A DNA stretch of 64,000 nt from Phoronis australis (GCA_002633005.1 NMRA01000189.1:266805-330804), one strand, 5' to 3'. Shown: positions 23,501-37,124, counted from the stretch's first letter. The notes: generated by a model not told the origin, from the letters alone. A program made the numbers and translations.

Positions 23501-25695
23501 CCTGAGTTCATGAACTTTGACCTGAGGAATCGGGAAATATGTCAGCTCAGTTGCCTTATTTACAGCAACCCGTTTTTTGTAACAGTCTGAGAAATAAATG
23601 AAAACGTTCAACTCTTACCGTTGTGTGAATCCCCCAGGGTAACATTCATATTACCTAAATGTCATTCAATGTGCCTTCAAACTAGTTAAAGCATGCTCTA
23701 AATCTAACTTCCTTAAAAGGTTCGCTGAGTGACATTTTGACCTGGCCCAAGTGCTTATATTATTTTCATGCATTTGCTGACTTCCACTGACCAGAAAATT
23801 TCTTAAATCTTGCTTCTATCCAATGCTGAAAGAATTGTGTAATTAATGTTAATATGCCGTATTTACTGTTGCTGCTGCTTCCGTTCATATTACACCTGAA
23901 ATAAAAACATAATCTGAGGTTACATATAACAGCTGTTCAGACATGCATGCCATTAGTTTTACGTTGGATCACTTTTATTTCCAGATTCTGGTTACTGAAA
24001 ATGAGAATTTAAAGCTAGAAATACAGAGATTAAAGTCGGATAATACTGATCTTGTCAAAAAAGTCAAACATGCAGAGCAGAAATCTCATAATAGCGAGGT
24101 AAGATTGCTGTCATTGTTCTATTACTGACACACCAACCAAACATCCTGGTTTCAAAATTACATAATGCTTTATTTCTTAAAACCAGCTACTTCAATAATT
24201 TCAAATCCATGGATCTTATTTTGTGTGCTGTAGTTTGCTGTTGGTCTATGTGCACTTGGTCCTAGTGTTGCCAAGATGCTTGCCTAAATGGTATAGACAC
24301 TAAGACATGCAACATGTACCTCAAATGCTTGTGCTATTGCAAGCCACAGCTGCTTATACAGCTAGTGCTGACAGAGTCAGAGTATAGAATTCAATTATTG
24401 ACATATTTTATTTACTACGATTCCCTTATAATCTTTAATTTGTAAGAAAATCAAAGTGTCTACTATTGTCAAAGTATTTCTTTGCTGAGTGATGAATCCA
24501 GAAAAGTGCTGCATGGTTGTTTCTTTTATAGATTTTGATCAAAGGACTTCTCTGGTATTTAATATCCGATTATTTACTGACTGCATTTATGTTCACTAAG
24601 TCCTCATTGTTGTATTTCTCTTAGGCGGCTCTGTCTGTTAGTGACTCTGCCAGGAAAGATTTACAAAAGAGATTAGAAAAAGAAAAGGAACGGGTGAGTC
24701 ATCATAGAATAGAGCTGTTTTCCAAAGGTCTTATCAACTTAGCCTTATTTTGGCAATAGTCACCTAGAGGGGTCTCTTGGCCTTTAGAGCCAGTTTAATG
24801 CCTGTTATTCTGTTGGGAACATTTGTTCTTGGCATGCGGTACCACCATAAGCAACTATTGCCTTTAGGTTGGTGATTAAAACAAGAGATGTATCTATCTG
24901 CACCCATTATGCATACCGCATTCTATCTTGTCTGTCACAGCCATTCAGTAATATTTTGCAGTGCCTCCTTGTAGTCAAACCATTGTTAAGATGGCCAGTG
25001 CAAGTGGTTTTTATTCAGTTTCTTTCTGGGTTGTTGTCATAACTTTGACAAAGTTAGACAATGAGGTCAACAGTAATGTTGTAATCAAGTCGGTTTACTT
25101 AATCTTCCAGTACCAGCTCTTGAACAAAAGCATTACTAAACAAACCTCTGATTGGATTCATACCAAGAAACAACTACAAAATTTAGAGGAAGAGCTTCGA
25201 TGGACTCAGGTAAGAAGTAGAATTGTTTGTATTAAGTCACTGTAAACACAGTGAAGACAAAATTGAAAAAAAATAGCATGACTTCTCTCAACATCTGTCT
25301 ACAACTTGTTTTGCAATTGAAGCATAATCAATATTTTTGAACGCCATTACAAGTTTGCATTTAGAATAAAAGATGGAAAAAACGAGACAGTGAACAGCTC
25401 TGTGTGGACCCGAGCCCAAATTTGTTTAATAAAGTTGACAATGTGGTGTGATCTGTTATAGGCTAGACCAGGAAATTCTGTGCATGTTAAAATTGTCAAC
25501 AGTTGTTAAGATTGCAATTCTAAAGTTGGTAATACATGTGCTCCATGGTATGCAGTGTAATGTTTATTTTTTTAGGTTGGTCCTGTGTCTACTAATGCCC
25601 ATGCTGCTGAACAGAGATTTCACTCACAGCCTGTCACTAGAAATGTCTATCTTCCACGTAAAATGTTGCCAGCTGAACAATGGGCTGGGAAATAG
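20526..25695 (+). CDS. Uncharacterised coiled-coil protein (gene span, 8 exons, 314 aa)
   Basis: Exons 20526-20561, 21515-21615, 22006-22235, 22626-22801, 23985-24098, 24625-24693, 25111-25209 and 25576-25695 join in phase through GT-AG introns (945 nt); E/K/Q/L-rich heptad-like sequence. Confidence 0.85.
21515..21615 (+). CDS. Coiled-coil gene exon 2
   Basis: aacag| VEEKSPTNEEKSEEGGEIEQDNKAKGKGTEEKP |gtttgt; phase 0->2. Confidence 0.8.
22006..22235 (+). CDS. Coiled-coil gene exon 3
   Basis: catag| (R)LRLTPEEQDIAYELKAQVFRNIEAQNQKIKTEL...MFERKAKE |gtaagt; phase 2->1. Confidence 0.88.
22626..22801 (+). CDS. Coiled-coil gene exon 4
   Basis: ttcag| NEKLREMQKELEKSQVIANKYKELYDQE...VAKRNE |gtgagt; phase 1->0. 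Confidence 0.88.
23985..24098 (+). CDS. Coiled-coil gene exon 5
   Basis: tccag| ILVTENENLKLEIQRLKSDNTDLVKKVKHAEQKSHNSE |gtaaga. Confidence 0.88.
24625..24693 (+). CDS. Coiled-coil gene exon 6
   Basis: cttag| AALSVSDSARKDLQKRLEKEKER |gtgagt. Confidence 0.85.
25111..25209 (+). CDS. Coiled-coil gene exon 7
   Basis: tccag| YQLLNKSITKQTSDWIHTKKQLQNLEEELRWTQ |gtaaga. Confidence 0.87.
25576..25695 (+). CDS. Coiled-coil gene last coding exon
   Basis: tttag| VGPVSTNAHAAEQRFHSQPVTRNVYLPRKMLPAEQWAGK*; followed by a long AT-rich tract with AATAAA at 27288. Confidence 0.72.
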   Translation, partial: VGPVSTNAHAAEQRFHSQPVTRNVYLPRKMLPAEQWAGK

Positions 25696-27549
25696 GACAA
25701 GGCTGAAGGGTCCGGACTTTAATCCGCCGAATTAAAATTGCTGACATTTAGTAATGTCTGCATTCACGGTTAGCCCTTCTAAGACTGCAGAAGCAATTCA
25801 GTGTCTTCTCATTGGCAATGTGTTTGGACTTTATAGTTTAGCTTTCACCTCAAGGGGCGTACGCTCTTTCCCAGTGGTATACGGAGTAGCACCGTCAATG
25901 GGCGATGAATCTGGCTTTTCATTGGTTAAAAGGACGAAGTCACATTCAGATATTCTGATGGTGTTGCCTTTCTGACTTGATGTGGCTGCAACAACACAAC
26001 AACACGCTACATTGGCACAAGTTTTTGCTCTTGGATTCACTTTGATTCTCTATACTTTTCCTGGTTTATTACAAGATCATTTGTTAATGGCAGATATACA
26101 GACGAGGGCATACTTGTTGATGACTATATACGCACCAAAGTCTGGTGCCAGTGCACCATCTTTCTATGTTACCACTCCTTCATAGGTGACCTCTTGCAAG
26201 AGTAGAGTTAATGGAACATTTACTAGTAGCCACTGAGTTGTTTCTCTACCCTGTTTTATGAGGACCGAAGTTGTATCAGTTTTGTTGTAACCTACATGAT
26301 TGCTTTCATAAAGCATTGTATTCAGCTGGATATGCCAAAGATATTACGAAACATTTAAATCACTGAACAATTATGCTGGTTTCAGTGTGTAAGTTTTTAT
26401 ACAAAAAGGTTTCAATAATGAATGTGAGGCATTTTGTCGAACATATCACACCACGTATGTATATAGTTATTGGAATTGAATATAAATTTACACTTTGTAC
26501 CTGTTTTCAATGCTACATAGGAAAAATGATCTAACAAATTACCTATGAAAGATTCTTTCTCTTGTGCCAAAACAAACTGTGCTGAGGATAACTAACTGGA
26601 CGGCATGAATTTCAGTCAGTATTAAGATTCTGCACAGATTTGTAAATATCTCACTCTTTTGCACATTGCACATAATTATTAAATTTTAAATGCAATGTTC
26701 GTAAAGGTGTCTCATTACTATGTTTGTAAAGGTGTCAGGTTGTGAACCTGCACTCTTTGTGTAAGTGCAGTTGAGTCCTGAAAGGTTGTATGATAAAAAG
26801 ACGCAGATTTTACACTGGAAGTGATCTAAGCCTTGTTTTTTGTCAATAACATGTTCTTTATCTACTCTAGTGTAAGCACTTTTTTCCTTTTGATTTCCTC
26901 ATCATGTGATGTTTTAGATTGTGTTTGCTGTCAACTCTTGAAAAATGCAGGGTGCATTTTGTAACTGTTACACGTATCCTTCCAACAGCTGGGTGATTCT
27001 TTGATTAACACTCTGTTCTGTAGCACCCCCAGGTGTCATAATGCTTACCTGTGGTGTACCGTTTACAATGTATGTCAGTTTGTTACCTCCATCTCCAAAA
27101 CTCTGATAAACTTCATTATTTATTTTGAAGAAAAGTTAAAGATATGTGGTGAGGGATGACATTAAATTAGTGGTGTTGCTTTTCAATAATTAATGAAAAG
27201 TACAAAGGTATAAGAAGTTATTAAGTAGTCTTTTTTGTTTATATTGCAGGTCATATTCTATGCTGTCTTGTTTTTCTACAAATCTGGAATAAAATTTGAG
27301 ATGAAAATCAACATTGTTTTACTTCACAATGTACCTAAGAATTTTGTCGTTTGTAAAGATATCGTTACTCAGTCTTGCAGATTTCCTCAATGAGAACTGA
27401 AGTAGGACCTATGGAGTAAAGACATGAGAGTTGTGCAAATTGACCTTCAACTGACCCCTACTTTAGTCAGGTAAATTACTACACACGTTGTTCTTCATTA
27501 AAAAGGCATCCGAATGAAGGCAACTTCTGGAATATGTGTGTATGGGAAG

Positions 27550-27746
27550 TCTCGAATCTCTGACAAAGTGGACCTTTTGCTAACAAAAAAGCGGGAGGAC
27601 TAAAAAAAGAAAGAACGGGGGTACCATCTTCATGTCTGTGAACTGTGCGTCTGCGCCTTTTTAGTGGATTTTGTCTTGTTTTCTCGGACTTTTTTGTTTC
27701 TCTGAGGCGGACCTTTTTAGCCACTTCGAGCCCCCCCAGTATGTAT
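27550..27746 (-). mobile_element. MITE family C, partial
   Basis: Reverse complement of the core of 59738-59979 (aaaaaggtccg...agaaacaaaaagtccg...aaaaggtccactttg). Confidence 0.7.
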
Positions 27747-28250
27747 GGTCCATTCCTAAGTCAGAATGGTAGGTTTGTCTTCTTAGTACTCCAGTGACGT
27801 CAGTGCTTAGGGTCTGATCGCGCATGGTGATTGCACGCAATTGACGTGAACATCAGCATTTTACTCAGCAACACCATATGATAATGCTTTGCTATTGCAA
27901 AGCGGCTGATACGGGCCTCGGTGAACGTCGCCGGTTACCAAGGCTGATATGCCAACTGAACAGACGTCCGATCTGCTTTGCCTGGGTCAAAAAATTTGAA
28001 TGACAATTGAACAACATAAAAGTGTGCTACCATACGATGGATTTCAGTAATATGGCCAACATATTTTCATTGGTATACTTTCACACTATGTTTTCTAGAA
28101 CTAATAATGGTCCGCAAGAAACACCGTTACGGACCCGAAAAAGCGGCAAAACAGAAAAAAATGATCCTATGTTTCAAAACTGGAATTAACTAGTTTGTTT
28201 TGCTATGTTAATAAAACATTTTGCAAATTTGTCCATTTTGTCACAGAAGT

Positions 28251-29218
28251 CATAGGCGGATTTAGGGGGGGTAGGGCCCCTCCCCTTGGCTACCGCAAAA
28301 AATAAAACAGCAAGAGCGTAGGGCAATCATTGAGTTTATTAATTAACCGCGGTAATTAAAATTATACTGATGAAACAAGATTTAAATGTGTGCAGTTTTA
28401 GTGTTTGGGGGAGAGTGGGGGGGGGGGGTTCAGATCCAACTTCAAGCGTCAAATTCGGAACACGGCGCATTCGTAACGGAACTATGGCTAAGTGTAGGCT
28501 CTCCCGCGATATCCCAGGCGACCGGCAGTGGCGCTGCGCACTACGACTCCGTTTCCGTCGTCTGCTCCACTGTGCAATGAAGAAAATTTACTTCATTTTT
28601 TAAAGAAAATGGAACCTGAGTGACGATGAAAAAACAGAAGCTGCTGGCAAGATGTGAATTTTAATCGAAGCCTTAGTGAATCACTCAGAAACTCATAATT
28701 CTCTCTTTGTCAAACCTTAACTTAAGACGATTTCCAAAGCAATCCAGTCATTATTGCCAAACACGAAAAACAGATTTAGTCTTTTGGGCATTTGAAGACT
28801 ATTTTAAATACAACAAATTTAAGTATTACAAAAAGAAGCAGGTTTCGCGCGCAAACGCTGTGGACCATAAACAAGTAGGTCTCTTAACATAAAACTAGTA
28901 GTTTTAAAATCGTGGTGGCTTAGTGGTAATGCACGTGCGCTCTCTCCGCCAAGTCGTGAGTTCGAGTCTGTGGTACTGGTGGTTTTTCCTGTTTGACACG
29001 TTCTCCGTTTTTTTTTTTTTTTTTTTAATTTGCCTTTTTTCTTGGATAATACTTCAGGAATCAAGGAAAATGCTTGATTTTTAGAGGAAAAAACAGAAAA
29101 ATTTCCCCCTATTCGGTGCTGTGCGCATCTACAATCGTGGTTCGCGCAAATGCTTACAGCCGGACAAAATAGACAAAATGTTGGCCCCCCCCCTTGTGAT
29201 ATCCTAGATCCACCACTG
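28251..29218 (-). mobile_element. MITE family B, long copy (5-bp TSD; hAT5-like)
   Basis: cataggcggatttagg / cctagatccaccactg termini with perfect TSD gaagt. Confidence 0.8.
28908..28990 (+). other. tRNA-derived Pol III type-2 promoter cassette (SINE head or tRNA pseudogene)
   Basis: A box tggcttagtggt (28916-28927), B box gttcgagtc (28960-28968), T-runs at 28983 and 29008-29026; no intact cloverleaf. Confidence 0.5.
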
Positions 29219-29629
29219 GAAGTTGTTGTGGTAAGAACATTGCAAGCTTTAGTACACTGAAAAGATCAAAGTCTTCTAAGGGGATTAAATCTATTGCAAG
29301 CGTCCCTAAACGGAACATGTACAATGGTTTAAAATAAATTTGTTGAAAATGATGAAACTGTGTGTACATATTTTCATTATAGTAAAAATCAAGGGTGTGC
29401 GGAATTCAAAATCAACAGCGTAATATACACGTACACACGTTATCAAGTCAAATCAGTAACGACCATTACAGAGCAAATTTAAACGTTTGATCCAAAACTA
29501 CTAAGTCACGATAATCACTGATGTGAAAACAACCGCAAGCAGCACACTACGTTTAAGTTTTAATATATTCGCTGATTCCTGCATTGCTTGTAACTGACCG
29601 ATATCAACAGAACTGACAAGCTTAGGATT

Positions 29630-29847
29630 CATGCGCTTACCCAGGGGGGGGCTCGGCATTTGGCGAAGTGAGCAAAAAGGTCTGCCCCAGAGAAACAAAA
29701 AGTCCGAGAAAACGAGACAAAAATCCACTAAAAACGCACGAATGCACAATGTTTTTTTATTCCACCCGTTTTTGTTAGTAAAAGACTCGCATTGTCAAAA
29801 ATTCGAGCCCGGCTATATTTTACGCTGCCGGGGTGCATGCGCGCATG
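29630..29847 (+). mobile_element. MITE family C (CATGCGC...GCGCATG termini, 5-bp TSD)
   Basis: Perfect TSD ggatt; homologous to 44746-44978 and 59738-59979. Confidence 0.8.
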
Positions 29848-30520
29848 GGATTTCCTCGAAAGTCTCATTTGCTTCGTTCAGAACGTTCGTCAATACTAAC
29901 AGTAAACTCCTGTGCTCCCCAAAGTTTCAAGGAGTGCAACATACCCATGCACTCAGTGAGGAGGAATTTTTCGGATTATATGCGTTAGTGCAGATTTGGT
30001 GCTTGTTAAATGACATTTTAGGTTTCCTGGAATTCCAACCAGCGCGAACCTGCTAAGCTTTGGAACTTACAAACATTGTTCCTTACTAATTCAGGAACAA
30101 ATTAAGCACTTTACTACACTAGGTCAAATGGAAACTATTTGTAGCAGGTCAAGGAGCTCTGACATCAAGGGGAAAATAAGTTATACTTTTTGGTAAATTG
30201 ACCTCACAGCATTGACTTATTTAAAGACTTCTGTTACTAATTTTCGACGCAGTTTTAGTCAATTTGGCGAATTTTACACATTTTAACGCGGGTCAAATCT
30301 CAAATAAAACAAACATTTAATGGATAGTGACGGGGAGAGCAAATTTAATTATGAATTGACCAGCCCAGTCCTTAGAGAGGGCTAGCGCAGATAACGAGCT
30401 ACTCAGCCTCGAGTGCAAATTTGTTCCGCTCACAGCTCACCGCCTGCGGGAAAGTGAACCGTGAAAATTTTGTTCCGCGCGGCGGTGAGACGAAAGTCTC
30501 CGCAGTTGTCTTTTTTTACC

Positions 30521-30693
30521 TGGCGTGCATTCAGTAGCGCTAGGACCTAAGCTACAACCTAGCTAAAATTTAGCCAAAATCACGTGTTCTTAGTTGTAAT
30601 ACACGGCAATATCTCACGAAATCTCGCGAAATCTTGCTTTTTAGCCATGGCGAGGTCCTAGCGTTACCGCTGAACGGGAGGTCAGTGAGGCTG
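30521..30693 (+). mobile_element. MITE family D (~155 bp, cgttcagtaacgctaggacct inverted repeats)
   Basis: Homologous to 61675-61830. Confidence 0.75.
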
Positions 30694-32202
30694 GTGCTCG
30701 CAAATCTCCTCTACATGAGAGATGTGATCTACGTAAGTGGTTAGCCGACTACCTTCGGTAGACAATGAAATGTAATCATTGCATCACCTGTCAACAACAC
30801 AATCCGTCTGTATGGTTGATTGTAATCGTGTGGACTACACGTACATTTACGCGGTTTACATACTGGCAACGTACCAGCTCAGTGACCAGTTTGCTCGTCA
30901 ACTCGCATCGAGCTCTGTGAGCTATACAGTAAAATTCACTTGAAGACGCCACAGTTAGGTCGCAGTTGGCCCTTTAAAAAATAAACGTATGAAGTCTCAA
31001 ACTGACGTTTTATTTCACGTGCCCAGGTCATTAGGCGAGACCGTAATCACAAGGTGACACAAATATTAAAAGAACATAGTTGAATTCATTGACATGGTTG
31101 GCGTTCATTTTCAAAATCAATTCATGACATACTTTACGCCAATCTCGTATCGCAAATTAGTTTAGCAAAATTTTGAAAAGGCAGTATAAAGAAAGGCGTA
31201 AAGAACCCAGGCATGGAGTATTCACCGAAAACAGTTTAAAATTGATATAACTGCCTTTATAGAGACGGAATCTAACTAACAACCAACGATCTGCTGGTGG
31301 ATCTAAGGCTCTCGATAATTGATAAAACATTTCAAGTATATGTAAATAGTCATCGTTTAAAGTTACAGCAAGTGGCTGGCAAACAACGTCAGGAGTTAGC
31401 TCCAGTTGAGTTAAAAAATAATCGATAGTAATCTCCAAAATGCGTTCCTCGTCAGTGTGTTCCCTTTTAAGATAAGACCAAGCGTACATTCCTTAGACGC
31501 GAGGGCTTCTCGAAGACTCATGATCACGGAAAACTTCGCGAGATATCGCCACCAAAAGGAAAGGTTTGTTGATATCCGGTTCCGGTTATAGGTTTTGATT
31601 CCCACTTGCAGAGTTAGTAGCTTGAAAAATTATGCCAAGCTGATCAAATTCCATGAATAAGATGAGTAAATGCAACACAAATTTAACTTTCTGCGGTATA
31701 AATTAGCGCGCACCGCCGTACTCCGGAGTTAAATTCAAGGACAGCTTACTTAGACATTGTCTTCGACTTTTTTGTTACAGCGCATTCGCCAATGCCGAAA
31801 GGACGATTTTAGTAGCATCATTCACAGGTTTTGTGACATTGGTTTCAACACTGTCAACTGGTTGTGCAATTAGCAGACTTATACCTCCCGTCATCGTTGA
31901 GGGTAATAGAAATTATTGATTCTCGTGGCGGAAAATTTCGTTTAGATCACACTGGCTACCCCGAGGAGGATGAGTTAAGGGTACGTGAAAAAATCTGACA
32001 GTCTTCCTTCCTTCAACAATTTCTCTCTGAAGAAAACTTAGAGTTGTCGATACAAAGAAGGATCTAGTATTTTCTGTCTTTAATGCCACTTTAAAAGTTT
32101 TAAAGCTGCAGAGCAACTCGTTCGGTTGCGGCCTAGTTTGCTCTCCAAGCTCACAAGAACACGTTTCTCCTTAAAATGGATAACTTATTTACACATGTAA
32201 GC

Positions 32203-32359
32203 TGGCGTGCGTTCAGTAGACGCTAGGACCTACGCTAAGGCCTAGCTAAAACCTAGTCAAAGTCACGTGTTCTCATTTACAATACACGGCAATGTCTCAC
32301 GTAATCTCGCGAAGTCTTGCTTTTTAGCGAGGTCCTAGCCTTACTGAACGGGAGGCAGG
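32203..32359 (+). mobile_element. MITE family D
   Basis: Homologous to 61675-61830. Confidence 0.78.
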
Positions 32360-34440
32360 TCAACCTTTGACCCTTTTCTTGTAATGTATTTGATTGGTTA
32401 ATATCTGTTCATCATGGTGTCTGCTTAAACACTTCAAACATTTCAGTACTGCGTTGTAAGCTGAGACAGCAGGAGCAGGAGCTCAATCCACCTTTTCGAA
32501 AATCAGTCGAGAATCGATCCCGGTTTCTTTAGGTTGAGGTGCGTTACATGTACGTCTCTGTACTCGAAATTCTTGCCTTTTCATGGGATGCAGTTTTTGC
32601 GTCAAGTTTGGTTTTAAATGACTGTAAAATTTAAAACACTCAAGAAACACAAGCCTTCATCAACACATCGCAGTTGCCTCCATGACGTTCCTTTATCATT
32701 TAAGATGAATTTGGCCTCTTTATTCCTTTAGGCACTAATCAAAGACCTACTGAGAACGGCGCTGTCAAATTGCAGGTCAAAACTTAAAACATGAAAATTT
32801 CTTAAAAATGAATATCTGTGATTTTTGGGCTAAAAGACATTAAAGGAAAGCTTTTGTACTAACAGGACAAAGAAACCAAAGTTTCTTTTGAAAAATTGAT
32901 GATTTTTGAAATCACGACAAGCTTCGTGAAACTCGCGATTTTTAAAAAATGTTGTCAGGTATTAAGGGAAGTCCAGGCATTATTTTGATGACATACATGT
33001 ATCATAATTTCGGGATCAATGAGGCTTTTGAAAATATAGTACAATGAGGCTTTTGAAAATATAGTATTTCGTGGGTTTATCTAGGAAATGTATATAATCC
33101 TTGATAATGAAGGTGGCCAGTTAACTGATTCATAGATGGCCATTTCCTGACAGAGTTATAGGTAACATGCAATTTATTTTACCTCACAGCCTGCACCCAG
33201 TAGGTGCAGAACGATACTTTGTCGTTGAGCTAATCGTGATGCCAGAATGAAGCTAATTTAGTATCATTAACCCGATGTTTGTTTTCCGATGTACCTACAT
33301 ACAGATTTATTATCAATACACACCACTGAATTACAATGAATGATGTGCTATTAGGACCGTTGTCCATTGTGCTGACAAATTCCTGACAATTGACCTATCG
33401 CCAGGATTTTGAGTGACGACTTAACTGACCATTTAGAACGCGGCATTATTGACAAACCTTCGTCTGCATTTCTAAGCCGCCGTTTTGCTCGACAAACAAC
33501 ACGTTGTGGAGTAAAACTTATTGTTTGTTAGTCGACATTACGCAAGGGGGCGGAGATTGCGATAGGTCAATTGGCTGGATAAATCTTTGAAAAACTTCTT
33601 TTCGTTAACACGTGTAGGACTTCTTTTTTGTAACGACTAACAGTAGGGGTTTTCTGAAAGAAAATGAGCCTACCTGTACTATTTCGGGCAAAATATCCTC
33701 TAGCGTAAAGTAATTTTGGAAAAAGGTCTTAAACTTGACGTTTTAACTTCTCAGATGTGGTGAAATTTGCGTTACAGTGGAGGATTCATGCTTTGGAGGA
33801 TCTAGAGCTTGATCAATTTGGGAGGGTTTTTTAAACCAGGCATAGTCACAATATGACAACACTCAAACTTTCGAAGCGACGCATAACCATCTACATTGCA
33901 TGCACGTAGTGGACCGAACTTGGATCGTCTGCATCTATTGGCAGCTACTTGTAACAGGTCCACAATCTATTCCTCTATCGCTTTAGTTAATGTCAACAAA
34001 TCGAAATTCGCTTTGGAAAATGCACCCTGTGCCTTCGTAATGAGAAAATAAATAAAGCAACATGCCACACACTGCTGACATTATATATAACGTCAGCCAG
34101 ATGATCCGCTACGTGGTGGTGCAACCATGCAAGCAAGCGTGACGAACGAACTGGAACAAAATTGCCAAAAGACTTCAGTAGACCGTCTTTTAAAAATTTT
34201 TTTTGATGAGCTATGTCGCTCAATAAAATGATTATTACGGCTGCTCACGCAACAAGAGATATGTGAACTAGTGACTTTGAAATGCGCAAATTACATATCG
34301 TTACCACAAAACGGCTGTTCCTTCCATCAGGGCTGTCCCACTCAATGGAAAGTAAATTTGACGAGAACAACACGATGTTATAAGCGGCATTTAAGTTTTT
34401 CCCGGTTTAGATTGAAAGTAAATTTAAGGAAGGTTTTTAA

Positions 34441-35157
34441 AGAGGCCTGGAACGTGAAAAACAGACTAAATTGCATTTTTCCAAGTGGTTCCCTGCCACT
34501 GAAACATAATTCAATCTGTTCACTAGGTATTTTAACGGTTTGTTCGTAAAAAATTGAAGTTCGTTAAAGCATTTTTCTTTTAATTACAAATTTCAAAAAA
34601 ATGAGCTGTCACTGCTCGTCACTTCGTCGATTTTTCTGACACAAGGCAAAGCCCGTCTCCTTATTTGGCATGACAAGACATAGACGTAGCACATTTCCCT
34701 TACATGGAAAATGTGACCTCTGACCTTTGATGTAAACAATACAATGACAGCTAGTTAGATTTAGAGGCAATTGATGTGAATCTTAACAATTCAAAATTAG
34801 TTATATTCAAAGATATTTAAAAATGCACTTGGTTTTTTTTTGGGAAACCAGTTGCTTCGCTGGCTTTCCTCGTACTGTGCTGTCGACCTCAAATTCGGAG
34901 TCTTGTCAGTCAGCTGTTCGTCGATTGACTGTGAGCGCATACGCGCATTTATCATAAGTGGAACGGAGATTAGAAATTCTGTGGAAACTACAGAGTTTTT
35001 CCTTAGTGCATATTTCACTAATCATGAATTTTGTGATTTTTTTGGAAATTCCCTTATAAAAGAAAATTAATAACTCTGTAGCTGACGTTGCGATATGATA
35101 CTTTCGCCAGGAATTTTTAAAAAGATATTTTGACGAAGTTTTGCGTTCCATGCCTCC
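34441..35157. mobile_element. Kolobok-like non-autonomous element
   Basis: ttaa|agaggcctggaacgtgaaaa ... ttttgcgttccatgcctcc|taa; the left end recurs after TTAA at 46235-46430. Confidence 0.6.
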
Positions 35158-35903
35158 TAATTTAAGTCCGCTCCTCAGTTTTACAGATGCTTTGAATTAT
35201 TTGTTTCAATAGAGTTAACATTTTAAAAGTGTGTTTGGCGACAAACATTCACGCCGTTAATAGCACCCACTAGAAAATTAAACCAATATAAAGAGCCTAG
35301 TAACAATTTAAACAAACTATCGTGAAAAAATTGCAAAGAGCATTTCACTACACTTCATGGGTGAGTGTAATACTATTCTCATTTCCCGGCTTTGGTACGT
35401 TAACTTACTCTGACCTTTAAGTAAAACAACAGTACCTCAATGCTCAATGTCTTCCTGCGTGGTTGTGCGACCGGGCATTCACCGGTTAACAGGCCCGTAT
35501 GATGAAAAAGAGTGCAGGTCGGTGGCCTGGTGCTTTTTGTGGTACATCAGGCGTGTTCAGGCCGCAAGGCCGGGCCCATTGGATCTGTATGATAGCATAT
35601 TTGTAGGATGATTATGATCGTGGTTCCACGTTAAAATTAAACGGCAGATAGGAAGTCTGGACAGAGGGCAAGGTGTGGACAAAGGCATCAAGTGGTCAAG
35701 AACTGGCAATCTTTTACTCAGAACAGGCTCAAAAATCAAGCAAATGTCATCCGTAGCTTTCATATGCAACTCAAAACTTAAAATGCTCAGTCAATCCAAC
35801 AGACGACAATTCTTAATGAAATTGGATCAGGTAGATTCAACTGAGGCTAAAAAACTGTAGTGTGCTGTTTTACCTGAGGAGGCACTATACTTAGTCAGAC
35901 CCG

Positions 35904-36044
35904 CATGGGCGCCGTAGCACAGAAATATGTGGGGGCTATATCTTTCCAGCCCCCTATGGTGCGCCACCCATGTGACCATATGCGGGGCAGCAATGTAATA
36001 AGTGGGGGCTATAGCCCCCAGACCCCTATGGTGCGCCGCCCATG
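35904..36044 (-). mobile_element. MITE family E (CATGGGCG termini, 5-bp TSD)
   Basis: Perfect TSD acccg; internal duplication; related ends at 58591-58643 and 63960-64000. Confidence 0.72.
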
Positions 36045-37124
36045 ACCCGACTTTTGACTACGCGGGAACCCCGCCGACCGTCTCATTGACTGGCACAGTT
36101 GACGAGGAGCACACGTAAATGACATTTACTAAAAGATAGGATAGTTTGTTGTGACGCTTTAAACGACAATTTTCTATACTTCAGGACTGCAGAGATTGGA
36201 TGAACAGAACAGGTGAGGATTCTTCTATAATTCAGGAATGTGCCCTAGCAACAATAAGAACTTTTTGAAAAGTTTTTTGGTTGAAAAATCTCCTTTTTAG
36301 TCAATCACGTGCCAAAAGAAACGATCTGCGTGATTTTTTCCCGAAAGACCTCCTTGAGACTCCATTTGGCTGCAAAGTCACTTCGGTAAAACGAACGGAA
36401 ATCCCCGGTGGCCCAAAACTGATATTTAGAATTTGATGCGAATGTGACTTATTTGTTTACTTGTAATTTTATTTCAAAAAAATAAAAACAAAATTCTCCG
36501 AATATCATCCAAACATGAGTCGATATCCTTTTCTTTTTTGGACGAAATTCTCAAGCTATGAAGCAATTGCGACTTTGTCGCACGGTCTGTAGCGTTGGTC
36601 ACGGGACTTGCATGTATGCCGAACAAAAAATAATTGATAAATCCGATTTGTTTCATTCAACTCAAACCAACTTTGACAATGGCATTTTAAATAACCTGAA
36701 CAGATATGCCGTAGAACAAAATATCTCAAGTCACCCCAAAACATCTAATAGACCCAGTTGAAAAAATATCTGAACCGGTGATTTTTTCATTTTTGATGTT
36801 TTCAAACGTAAAAACATCACGTCTAGAGCAGTAGACGTGGGGATAAATGAACAGATTTAGTTGCCGATAAGATTCAGTCTGTTACATGGTCTGACATGTA
36901 CTAAAACAGGATATTTATACGCGCATGCTCAACGAGTCCCAACATTTTACCGATTTGACCACTTGTAACAATAAAGATTGCGACATCAAAATACCTCTAC
37001 AGATATAGTGCATGTAGGAGATTGGAAATGAGATGTTAGCAATGTGTTGCCATAATATATGCCTAAGTGGTTTTAGTCCGCCGTGTTCTGGTACTAAACA
37101 CCGTTTTCTTCAAAGACTTATTTA

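Noticed and set aside
25831-26040. Antisense 69-aa ORF in the coiled-coil gene 3' UTR (THAP-like?)
   Set aside because: In-frame stop just upstream, GTG start, no convincing motif.
31157-31489. 110-aa ORF between two family-D MITEs as cargo of a composite element
   Set aside because: No recognisable domain or splice support, and no shared outer TSD.
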